Assembly (NCBI GenBank): GCA_000146465.1
Contig: CP001952.1
DNA: 64,000 nucleotides
Reading direction: 5' to 3' (one strand)
The first letter of the stretch is position 1; every line of letters begins with the position of its first letter. The position numbers and the translations under genes are program-made. A model generated the notes under the pieces. The model was not told the origin of the DNA. It worked only from the letters and a program-made list of their open reading frames with translations, and ran no database searches. Positions 19,065-27,558 of this stretch are shown in pieces.

Positions 19065-19133
19065 TTAGGGGAGGCATGTTCACATTTAATATAGTTGAAA
19101 GACCAAAAATTAAAAAATTAGCTTCCTTTGGAA
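19065..19133. promoter_or_regulatory. divergent intergenic region (TrpRS <- -> mtHsp70) with a GGGG motif abutting the TrpRS start codon
   Basis: cat-ttaGGGGagg immediately 5' of the minus-strand ATG. Similar CCC (plus-strand genes) or GGG (minus-strand genes) motifs lie within ~15 nt of most start codons here. Confidence 0.4.
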
Positions 19134-20912
19134 ATGGCGGAAATGAGCTCTCTAAGCAAAAAGCTTTCTTCAAGCATAATAGGAATAGACCTGGGAACAA
19201 CCAACTCCTGTGTGTCTGTAGTTAAGAATGGGGAGCCTTTAATAATAGAAAACCAAGAGGGAGAGCGCACCACACCTTCGGTTGTGTCGATACTTGGAGA
19301 CGAAGTTATTGTAGGCAACCAAGCCAAGAGTAGGATGTTAATGAATCCCAAAAACACAGTGTTTGCATCCAAAAGACTGATAGGCCGGAAACTTGAGGAT
19401 CCAGAGGTGAAGAAGTATGTAAAGGGCCTTCCTTTCGATACAATGTCTCACTGTAACGGAGATGTTTGGATAAAGATTGATGGAAAGAAGTATTCTCCAG
19501 CACAAATAGGTGCGTTTGTACTTTCTAAGCTCAAAAAGAGTGCAGAATCATTCTTAAATCATCCGGTTGCAAAGTCGGTCATAACAGTTCCTGCATATTT
19601 TAATGATAGCCAACGTCAGGCAACAAAAGATGCAGGAAGAATAGCTGGGCTGGAAGTTGTAAGGGTGATCAATGAACCGACAGCTGCAGCACTTGCATAT
19701 GGCCTTGACAAGCTGGCAAAGGGAAATATTGCAGTCTATGATCTCGGAGGGGGAACCTTTGACATTTCTATTCTTGAGCTGAGCAATGGAGTGTTTCATG
19801 TAAAAGCTACTAACGGAGACACATTTCTTGGAGGAGAAGATCTTGACAATGAGCTTGTGAAGTTTATTATTGAAGACTTTAGGTTGAAGGAGGGAGTTAA
19901 CTTGGGTGAAGATATAAATGCACTAACGAGAATCAAGGAGTGTGCAGAAAAGATAAAGAAGGATTTATCTTCGTCTCTTTCCTCAAGAATCAACATACCA
20001 TACATATGTAGTATTGAAGGAAAGCCAAAGCATCTAACCAGAGAAATCACCCGGGACGAGTTGGAGAGAGTGGTTAAGAAGATTGTGGATCGTACTATTG
20101 AGCCATGCAAGAAAGCACTTAGGGATGCAGGGATGGAGGGTTCGGATATCAAACACGTGATACTGGTGGGGGGAATGACCCGGATGCCATATGTCCGAAG
20201 GGTAGTCAAGGAGGTGTTTGGAATTGAACCTTCTACCGGTATCAATCCCGATGAAGCCGTTGCAAAGGGAGCAGCATTGCAGGGAGGAGTTCTTACGGGA
20301 GAGGTTGATAATGTGCTTCTCCTGGATGTTGCACCTCTAAGCCTAGGAATTGAACTCCTTGGAGGAGTGTTTAACAAGATAATAAGAAGGAATACAACAA
20401 TTCCATTTAAAGAAACACAGACGTTTTCTACGTCAGAAGATAATCAAACAGAGGTGGACATCAAGGTATACCAGGGGGAGAGATCCATGGCATTGGATAA
20501 CAAGTATCTAGGACAGATCAAGCTCAAGGATATTCCTCCTCTTCCTCGAGGAGTGCCTAGGATTGAAGTGACGTTTGAGTCCGATGCTAACGGGATGTAC
20601 AAAGTAACTGCACAGGATAGTGTCACAAAGAAGCCGCAGTCTCTAGAGATAATTCCATCTAGTGGATTAACAGAGGAGGAGATAAACAAAATGGTGGAGG
20701 AAGGAGAAAAGCATAGACACTTAGATGAGATAAAAAGGAGGAAAGCTGAGCTTATTGTTTCTTCGGCCGAGTTTCTTCGAAGACCATCCTCAAGCTTGGC
20801 AAAAATCTCCAAGGACTGCTTAGACACGATTAAAAGAGCTGTGTCTGGAGAGGAGTTTGATTTGGAAGAAACAAAGCAAGCACTGGAAAATGCAAAGAAA
20901 GCCATCTCTTGA
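19134..20912 (+). CDS. SSC1: mitochondrial-type (DnaK-like) Hsp70, i.e. mitosomal Hsp70
   Basis: IGIDLGTTNSCV, VPAYFNDSQRQATKDAGRIAGL, DLGGGTFD. DnaK/mtHsp70-type rather than cytosolic. Track start at 19128 is TTG. First ATG is at 19134. Confidence 0.9.
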   Translation: MAEMSSLSKKLSSSIIGIDLGTTNSCVSVVKNGEPLIIENQEGERTTPSVVSILGDEVIVGNQAKSRMLMNPKNTVFASKRLIGRKLEDPEVKKYVKGLPFDTMSHCNGDVWIKIDGKKYSPAQIGAFVLSKLKKSAESFLNHPVAKSVITVPAYFNDSQRQATKDAGRIAGLEVVRVINEPTAAALAYGLDKLAKGNIAVYDLGGGTFDISILELSNGVFHVKATNGDTFLGGEDLDNELVKFIIEDFRLKEGVNLGEDINALTRIKECAEKIKKDLSSSLSSRINIPYICSIEGKPKHLTREITRDELERVVKKIVDRTIEPCKKALRDAGMEGSDIKHVILVGGMTRMPYVRRVVKEVFGIEPSTGINPDEAVAKGAALQGGVLTGEVDNVLLLDVAPLSLGIELLGGVFNKIIRRNTTIPFKETQTFSTSEDNQTEVDIKVYQGERSMALDNKYLGQIKLKDIPPLPRGVPRIEVTFESDANGMYKVTAQDSVTKKPQSLEIIPSSGLTEEEINKMVEEGEKHRHLDEIKRRKAELIVSSAEFLRRPSSSLAKISKDCLDTIKRAVSGEEFDLEETKQALENAKKAIS

Positions 20913-21039
20913 TAAAGTATCCGTTTGCAACAAAAATATCTATTGCTATTTAATTTCCAAGGGATATAATCTGAAACAAAGCAAGATTAGATGTAATGAA
21001 ACATGTTGATAAACTAAGAGCCCCCGAAAACAAAGACTC

Positions 21040-21795
21040 ATGACTACAAATTTCAACAAAGAAGTTAAAATGCTCCGTGAAACTGAGGAGAACAAAAGAT
21101 GTGCAGACTGCTCTGCACCAAATCCCCCATGGGCGTCTGTGACTTACGGGATATTCATATGCTTTGATTGTGCTAGTATTCATAGATCCCTTGGAGTCAA
21201 AACGAGCTTTGTAAAGAGCGTGAATCTGGACATTTGGGATGAAAAGGAATATTTGTTTATGAAGCATGGATCAAATGAGAAGTTTAAGAAGTTTCTGGAG
21301 CATTGCAAGCTTGTTGGGCGGGAAATGAACGAGATTTACAACAACAACCACATCAGGAAGTATGGTGAAAGCGTTAAGAGCCTTGTTGTGAAGGAGATAG
21401 GAGAAGAGGCATTCAACAGGCCAAGGACTAGTACGGTTCCTAAAGAGCCAAGAGACTCGGAAGACTGGAGAAAGAGGTCTTCTACGGATTGTGTAAATAG
21501 AAGCAAGAGGTCCCATGGTACGCCGGGGCTTGAATCCATTAGTACGGGCTCGCTTCAGAGCTCTATTTCGTCTACTTTGTCTATTGTTGGAAGCGCGATT
21601 TTCTCGGGAGCAAAGGTAATTACCGGAAAGACTGTGGAATATGGAAGCATTGTTGTTAGCTCTACAAAGAGCATTATCAAAGACAACTCTTCTTCATTAT
21701 CATCTATCTTCAAGAAAAAGGATTTAATTCCAAAGGATCACATAAAAGTCCCTGAAAGACAGGAGGTCTATCCAAGGCCAGATAAGTGGGACTAG
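21040..21795 (+). CDS. ArfGAP-domain protein (Gcs1/Glo3-like)
   Basis: N-terminal ArfGAP zinc finger [32 protein letters not shown] (C-x2-C-x16-C-x2-C). CCC motif upstream. Confidence 0.8.
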   Translation: MTTNFNKEVKMLRETEENKRCADCSAPNPPWASVTYGIFICFDCASIHRSLGVKTSFVKSVNLDIWDEKEYLFMKHGSNEKFKKFLEHCKLVGREMNEIYNNNHIRKYGESVKSLVVKEIGEEAFNRPRTSTVPKEPRDSEDWRKRSSTDCVNRSKRSHGTPGLESISTGSLQSSISSTLSIVGSAIFSGAKVITGKTVEYGSIVVSSTKSIIKDNSSSLSSIFKKKDLIPKDHIKVPERQEVYPRPDKWD

Positions 21796-21858
21796 AATAC
21801 TAGATATCTAATTAAAACTTTCGAATACCTCCGAAGCTTTTAAACTGTCCAAAAGATC

Positions 21859-22293
21859 TTACATTTTATTTACAACGAGTGCTGTGAAATACTTGTATAC
21901 AAGAAATACATACAGAGAGATCTTACAGAACATTTCAATCTTTATCCGTTTCTTTTGTTTGAAGAAATCCAGAGCACTGATGGAATCTTTGGATCCTTTC
22001 TTCTGGATCTCGTAAACAAATAGTAGGACAACAAGAAACGATGTGTAGCATAAGGAGAGAACCTGGGCAGCCATAATCAAAGTAAGTAACTTGAACTCTA
22101 TGGCTGCAAGCCGAAGTATCCTATCGCATGCATTGTAAGACGATGCTCTTCTACCCTCTGCATCCAGCACCGCCTCTATTTTATAGAGCTCAACAATACA
22201 GAGTATGACACTCAACATAAGGGAAATAAAGAGTCCTATAGGATTCATTGGTAAGGGTAGAATATTCGGACCTTGAAAACTTGATTTATTCAT
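21859..22293 (-). CDS. hypothetical small polytopic membrane protein (about 4 TM), 144 aa
   Basis: ATG ORF that exactly fills the ArfGAP-Rpn11 spacer. Three to four hydrophobic helices. Confidence 0.4.
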   Translation of the reverse strand: MNKSSFQGPNILPLPMNPIGLFISLMLSVILCIVELYKIEAVLDAEGRRASSYNACDRILRLAAIEFKLLTLIMAAQVLSLCYTSFLVVLLFVYEIQKKGSKDSISALDFFKQKKRIKIEMFCKISLYVFLVYKYFTALVVNKM

Positions 22294-22310
22294 CTCTAAG
22301 CCTCATGGGT

Positions 22311-23195
22311 CTATTGGTTGAAGATGTATCTGTGCATGGAGTACAGAAGGTTGTAGATGGCATTTTCCATGATATTTTCATCGCACTTCTCAAGAAGACG
22401 TCTTCGATAATCAACCTTCCCCACTTTAGCCATTTCAAGATCCTTACCCTTCAGATTCTTTTCTTCTTCCCATGCTTTTCCGTAGCTTTCGATGAGCTTT
22501 AGAACCTCCTCTCTCTTAGTCCTGACATCCCTGAGCTTAAGGTTATCTGCCCATGTTTTCCTGTGAAGATTAAGGAGCATCTTCTGCTCGAGATCGTTTT
22601 TCCGGCATGTTATGTTAAACGAATAATAGTGCTTGTTAAGCCCGTGGATTATGGATATGAGAGTGGGTGTCTTAAGATATCCTATGTTTGATGTCACTTG
22701 TCTTGGCTCTCCTCCAAGCACTCCTAGCTGATTGTCGATGAGTCTGAATGCATCAATCACAACCTTTCCCTTGACACTCTGAATGGGATCGACAACCACT
22801 GCAACAGCTCTTTTACATAATTTTTCGAAGCTCTGCTGGGTACTTATGTCCACTGTACTGAGCCAGCATCCGAAACCCGGGTGGCTGTGATACCATCCAA
22901 CCACTGTCTCGTGTCTCCCCGTAGCCTTTAGTATGCTCATCATCTCCATCTGGAAAATAGGATCCACAGACTCCACAGTGACATTTGTCCCACTCTGAGG
23001 CATGGCAAATACATCGACAACTTTCACTGTGTATTCATCAACAAATTCCCCAAGCATCAGTCCCATGACCTCCAAAGGAATTCCCGCTCTTCCATGTTTG
23101 AGCATTTTCAATAGTGCAAGCGAAGAAATCTGGACTGTCTCAGAGGCGTCTGATGTAGGTTCTCCATCATCTACCCCAACAAATCCATTAAACAT
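22311..23195 (-). CDS. RPN11: 26S proteasome lid deubiquitinase Rpn11/POH1 (JAMM/MPN+)
   Basis: JAMM motif [14 protein letters not shown] and an upstream E. Near-collinear with Rpn11 ([21 protein letters not shown]...). Confidence 0.9.
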   Translation of the reverse strand: MFNGFVGVDDGEPTSDASETVQISSLALLKMLKHGRAGIPLEVMGLMLGEFVDEYTVKVVDVFAMPQSGTNVTVESVDPIFQMEMMSILKATGRHETVVGWYHSHPGFGCWLSTVDISTQQSFEKLCKRAVAVVVDPIQSVKGKVVIDAFRLIDNQLGVLGGEPRQVTSNIGYLKTPTLISIIHGLNKHYYSFNITCRKNDLEQKMLLNLHRKTWADNLKLRDVRTKREEVLKLIESYGKAWEEEKNLKGKDLEMAKVGKVDYRRRLLEKCDENIMENAIYNLLYSMHRYIFNQ

Positions 23196-23484
23196 TTCAG
23201 GGTTTGGATTTCTTTCTTTTAAGCTCTTGGAACTAGCCTAAAGATCACTTATCTTCGAGAAAATCAAATCCAGGATCCTCCAACTGAACCACTAGCTCCT
23301 CAAGAATCGCTTCCAGACTTTCGATGCTCTCCGATATCGATGCCCCGTCTAGCCTTATCCCGCTGTCTAAGCCCCTTATCAGTCTGTTATAAGCTTTCTC
23401 AATATTCTCTTTCATTTATTCCAACAAAGTAACAGGGCTCGCCACTACAAGAAAGAAAGAGCTTCACTAGGGTATCTTTCTTTA

Positions 23485-23841
23485 TTACACATTCTTAATA
23501 GGCAGAGAAAACATAATGCCAGAGAGGGTCGTTAATGAAATAATCATCACCCATGCATCTGGTATCAAGCCGTAGTACTTTGTTTCAAAGTCTACTCGAA
23601 ACACCATCTTCTCGGTTTCTCCAAAGTATTGAGTGACATCAACCAATTCGAATCTTCGGGGCTCGTACTCTACAACATCGTATCTGTAGTATCCGGGAAA
23701 GGAGATTTTTAGGGAGTTCCAGGTAGAGGCCCCATGGGAAGCTGATGATATATATGTATTTCCAACCTTAAGTGTGTCGAACGAACTTCTTGATATCTCG
23801 ATGTTGTCTGCAAATACAAAAACTAGAAACAAAAGAAACAT
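23485..23841 (-). CDS. small protein with a predicted signal peptide and a C-terminal TM helix (119 aa), unknown function
   Basis: Internal ATG (23839-23841) gives MFLLFLVFVFA|DNIE, which looks like a signal peptide. C-terminal WVMIISLTTLSGIMF is a TM segment. The longer track ORF (to 24042) would overlap the Eaf6 gene, so I shortened it. Confidence 0.4.
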   Translation of the reverse strand: MFLLFLVFVFADNIEISRSSFDTLKVGNTYISSASHGASTWNSLKISFPGYYRYDVVEYEPRRFELVDVTQYFGETEKMVFRVDFETKYYGLIPDAWVMIISLTTLSGIMFSLPIKNV

Positions 23842-23950
23842 TTTGACTACAGGGCGGGATATTAGCCAAAAATATATTTGCTGTAAAACATTTAGGAAAC
23901 TCCTATGGCAGATTCCCTTGGGCCTTATTCCTTGGATAAACTCCCGGCCC

Positions 23951-24211
23951 ATGAACATCGAGGACACGTCTTTGGATGCGAAGAAAAGATTCAAAGCTCT
24001 TCTTGCAAAAAGAAAGAAACTGAGAAAACAGATTCGAACCATTGAAAGGGAAATGTTTAGGCACGAGACTGTGTATTTGGAAATGACCCAGGGATCTCCC
24101 CTTACAAAGAATGTGGAATATTATGTTTCAAACAGGGCAGAGAAGAAGAAGTATAATGTAGACGACAAAATGAGAATCTTTAATAAAAACTTCCCCAGGA
24201 CCGATCGGTAG
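23951..24211 (+). CDS. EAF6: Eaf6 (NuA4/HAT complex subunit)-like protein, 86 aa
   Basis: The Eaf6 pattern KRKKLRKQIRTIEREMFRHETVYLEMTQGSPLTKNVEYYVS compares with human [30 protein letters not shown]. CCC motif directly upstream of ATG 23951. Track ORF from 23774 is probably over-extended. Confidence 0.55.
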   Translation: MNIEDTSLDAKKRFKALLAKRKKLRKQIRTIEREMFRHETVYLEMTQGSPLTKNVEYYVSNRAEKKKYNVDDKMRIFNKNFPRTDR

Positions 24212-24275
24212 AGAAGGCTGTGTTTGCAGAGCTCCCTAGTTTGGTCGAGTAAAAAATTTTCAAGACCCCTTCCAT

Positions 24276-24590
24276 ATGAAAGGAGAGGATCGTATAAGGA
24301 TCTTGAATACCCAGACAATACAAGTGGAGAAGGAAGATCACACCATTATGAATCCGTTAAGGTGGTGTATAAGTAAAAATTTCTATGGAGAGAATGTGGA
24401 GCTCGTGGGGTACACCATCCCACACCCCTCCGACGATGCTTCCAACTTAACCATTCAGTTCTCCAATGAGTCGTCTCAAACACCTCCAAATCTCTTTAAG
24501 AAGATGATGGAGGGCTTGGAGTGTATGGAAGCCATCGGAAGAAAAATGGAAAGTGAGATAGAGAAGTTCGAAGGCAAATTTAATAAATAG
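24276..24590 (+). CDS. RPC19: RNA polymerase I/III shared subunit AC19 (Rpb11/RpoL family)
   Basis: KEDHTIMNPLRWCISKNFYGENVELVGYTIPHPSDDASNLTIQF matches the AC19/POLR1D core (EDHTLGN...GY.IPHPSE..L.IRIQT). Confidence 0.75.
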   Translation: MKGEDRIRILNTQTIQVEKEDHTIMNPLRWCISKNFYGENVELVGYTIPHPSDDASNLTIQFSNESSQTPPNLFKKMMEGLECMEAIGRKMESEIEKFEGKFNK

Positions 24591-24643
24591 AGGACTTAGG
24601 TGTCATTTGCTTTTAGGCCCAAGGCATGTGCCCTAAGAAAAGC

Positions 24644-25621
24644 CTATTCATTGCATGTGTAGAACAACATTAATGGATATCCACAAACATCTTTCATCTC
24701 CAAAATTTTTTCTACGCCTCCTGCTCCATATCCATGCCAGCCTTCCCCGTCCTTGACATAGCAGTAGCTCATGGTATTTTCTTCTGTTATAAAAGAACAA
24801 AGAGAGAAAGTGTGGCTTCCAAGGCTTATATTCGAACCGTTCAGTATATCGATGCCTCCCTGTTCTTTTACGACAAGTACAAGAACTGGCGGCTTCTTGG
24901 TTATCTTTCTATTTTTAACCTTTAGACTCGAATCAAAGGCCTCTTGGATATTGGAGAATCCTTTTAAAGACACCCTACTCTTTTCAAAAGAGATCTCCTG
25001 AGATTGGCTTCCAGAAACAGCTTTTCCCTGAAATATCTCTACAATTGGAGAATATTCCTTGTAAAGTAGCTTAGGCTTGGCTCCTTGGGTTTTACCCATG
25101 GTACTCCATGTATCCTCCTCAAAGTTGTAGTATTCGCAGAGCTCGTCGTGGATCGCCTGAAGAAGTTCTGAATATATATCTTCGTATACTTTCGAATCTG
25201 ACTCCATTAAAAGATCGCTTGCATTGGTTTTCTTCTCCTCCATCAGCAAGCGAAGAAATTCCGAAATTCTGAACATTATCTGGCATTTTTCTATATCTTC
25301 ACCTTTCTCTCTGAAGTTCAGGATAAAGTTGTAGAAGGGAGGAAGCCTGACAAGACATATCAGTAAGTTGAATATCTTTTCGTCAGACTCCACGTATTCA
25401 AGATCCACAACTCCAATATGCCTTTCCACAAATAGCTTATTTCCTGAGAGTAGGATTTTGTTCCCATTCAGTCTCCCCACAGGCCTCTTTGGAAGCCTAG
25501 GCGGCTGTCTAGTGACAATATTATATTCTTCCTCGGCCGTCATTTCGTTCAAAAAAAAGACACAGGACTCTGGTTTTGTTCTCATTAGTCCGATTCTCAG
25601 GATGTAAATTTTTAAGTTCAT
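24644..25621 (-). CDS. hypothetical protein (~325 aa)
   Basis: Track start at 25654 is GTG. The first in-frame ATG is ~25619-25621. Family not recognised. Homopolymer runs near 25551-25560 make my base-level reading there uncertain. Confidence 0.45.
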   Translation of the reverse strand: MNLKIYILRIGLMRTKPESCVFFLNEMTAEEEYNIVTRQPPRLPKRPVGRLNGNKILLSGNKLFVERHIGVVDLEYVESDEKIFNLLICLVRLPPFYNFILNFREKGEDIEKCQIMFRISEFLRLLMEEKKTNASDLLMESDSKVYEDIYSELLQAIHDELCEYYNFEEDTWSTMGKTQGAKPKLLYKEYSPIVEIFQGKAVSGSQSQEISFEKSRVSLKGFSNIQEAFDSSLKVKNRKITKKPPVLVLVVKEQGGIDILNGSNISLGSHTFSLCSFITEENTMSYCYVKDGEGWHGYGAGGVEKILEMKDVCGYPLMLFYTCNE

Positions 25622-25687
25622 TTGAAGAGCTAATGAAATTCTCCCGTAGTACACTTCGATTTAAGAAGGTAAGAGTTTTAATTAGTG

Positions 25688-27493
25688 TTAGGACTGATTC
25701 AAAGATGCAATGATGTCTAGTATTTCTCTTCTGCTCATCACAACAGAAGATGAAATCGACTCCTGGATGCTCAGGTCGAAGTAACTAAACAAGTTCAGGA
25801 TGTGCAGAACTATTGGACTTTTCAATGACAAGCTGTGGAGGTGAATATCAGAGTTCAGATAGTCCCTTGGATTCAATCCAAACACAGCCTTAAAACACCC
25901 CATAATCGACGTCTGTATTCCAAGAAGCTTAAGATAGCTAGAATTGTCGACTCCATTTACATGGACCAGTTGGTTGGACCTTGAATACAGCATAATACTA
26001 TTCTTCCTAAACCCTACTCTGGAAGATGAGAGTCTTCCCAGATTGGTTTTCATCTCCACTCTCTTGACAAGTTTAGCTCCATCCATGCTTATTATGTTAT
26101 TTGGAGAGTAGGTGTATGCATGAATTGTTCCCTTGATGTCGCAACACACCATCGAAAGCTCATTGCCAGTAATAAGAAGTTCTGTAGAGGTTGCATTCTT
26201 AAGAGGCTCGCTAGAGCTTATCAGGTGGAGTCTAATTGGCTTGGACTGGAAGAAAAAGAACGACAAGCCTCTATAAATGTCGGATGCAAGAATGTAGTTT
26301 TTAACCACAGATATAGAGGATGTAAATGTGTGCAAGTCATGGAAACCTATGGGTATTATCCCGCTGCCCCTGTCAATTTTGTAAATCATTATCTTGGTTC
26401 CCAAACATAGTACAATCTTACCACGAACTTCAGAGCATTGGACAATCGATCCCTTAGTCTTTTCAATTCCCAAAACCTTGAGTTTACAGTCTTTGAAAGG
26501 GCTCTCCAACGACGGAACAACAGAAATTATTTCTAGTACATGAAGCCGGCCTTTCGCAGGCCTATCTTCTCCTTCAATGAAGGTTGTGCAAACAAGTAGA
26601 AAAGGGGACTTTCCATAATTTCCCTGCATATCATCCAAAACGAGATACTGGATATCAAAGACATACTCGTTCTCTTCTAATTCATAAGTACTTATATGCT
26701 CGTATTTCTCCGAATACAGGTCGACATAGAACCGATAGGTGTTTACAGGAACTCCACAGTCTTTTCCATTCTTTGGGGAAAACTCAACTTCTTCGCATGA
26801 GGCTACTACCATGTACCGATCTGCATACTCGATGTGCTTTGGTGTTCTAAGAACTGGAATCTTTTTCCCAATAAATCCGCTTCCAAAAACATATCCGTTT
26901 TCAATGCTGGGGACTCTGCAGACCATTAGATAGCCTTTGGAGAGTTGTATCACATCGTCTCCATCCATAGCTATTGAATTTAGAGTGTACTGACTTCTGT
27001 ACAAAAAATGTCCCTTGTCTGTTGGAACCATAAATACGTTGGTTGTTGCTTTTATGAATACCATTGTACCCACATTGTAAAATGCCTTGGTCTCCGGAGA
27101 TAGATTGAAGGCAATGTGTCTTGGAAGATGTATTTTGAAAAAGATTACTTCAGAAGGAAGGGTTTCCCTGAGAAGTGCCTCCAGCCCGAAGGATTCATAT
27201 GCAACCATGTAACCTCCTTTCAATCTGAAGAGCATAAGAATCTTGGTGCCCGTTGCAAGCATGGCCATCTCTATAACGGCTTCATCATCGTTCTTCTCCG
27301 ATAGATCTATAGGTACAGATGTCTCCGATGAAAATCTTATCGCGTATGGAACGCCTCTTATTGAACAAGGAGGAAATTGCCCCATCCGTTTGTCTATGTC
27401 GAAGATGCTCAAAAGATCATCAGAAAGAATAAAAACCTTATTCCCGATATCTGCAAAACATGTAACGTTAGGGATGCAGGTAACCACGGTCAT
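25688..27493 (-). CDS. SF3b3/CPSF160/DDB1-family beta-propeller protein, C-terminal portion (CPSF_A domain), 601 aa. Lower half of a split gene.
   Basis: CPSF_A-type C-terminal propeller pattern (..ILASDIYRGLSFFFFQ...LITGNELSMVCCDIKGTIHAY). The ATG at 27493 lacks the GGG/CCC start motif and lies 65 nt below the stop of the upstream same-family ORF. Confidence 0.6.
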   Translation of the reverse strand: MTVVTCIPNVTCFADIGNKVFILSDDLLSIFDIDKRMGQFPPCSIRGVPYAIRFSSETSVPIDLSEKNDDEAVIEMAMLATGTKILMLFRLKGGYMVAYESFGLEALLRETLPSEVIFFKIHLPRHIAFNLSPETKAFYNVGTMVFIKATTNVFMVPTDKGHFLYRSQYTLNSIAMDGDDVIQLSKGYLMVCRVPSIENGYVFGSGFIGKKIPVLRTPKHIEYADRYMVVASCEEVEFSPKNGKDCGVPVNTYRFYVDLYSEKYEHISTYELEENEYVFDIQYLVLDDMQGNYGKSPFLLVCTTFIEGEDRPAKGRLHVLEIISVVPSLESPFKDCKLKVLGIEKTKGSIVQCSEVRGKIVLCLGTKIMIYKIDRGSGIIPIGFHDLHTFTSSISVVKNYILASDIYRGLSFFFFQSKPIRLHLISSSEPLKNATSTELLITGNELSMVCCDIKGTIHAYTYSPNNIISMDGAKLVKRVEMKTNLGRLSSSRVGFRKNSIMLYSRSNQLVHVNGVDNSSYLKLLGIQTSIMGCFKAVFGLNPRDYLNSDIHLHSLSLKSPIVLHILNLFSYFDLSIQESISSSVVMSRREILDIIASLNQS

Positions 27494-27558
27494 CTCCCTA
27501 TCATAAAAAACAAGTCTTTTTTCGGAATCCCTTACTGCAAGAAATAATCCACTACAAA

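Noticed and set aside
23774-23950. Upstream 59 codons of the Eaf6 ORF, and the minus-strand ORF extension 23842-24042
   Set aside because: The two track ORFs overlap on opposite strands. Trimming each to the internal ATG removes the overlap, and the resulting termini are sensible.
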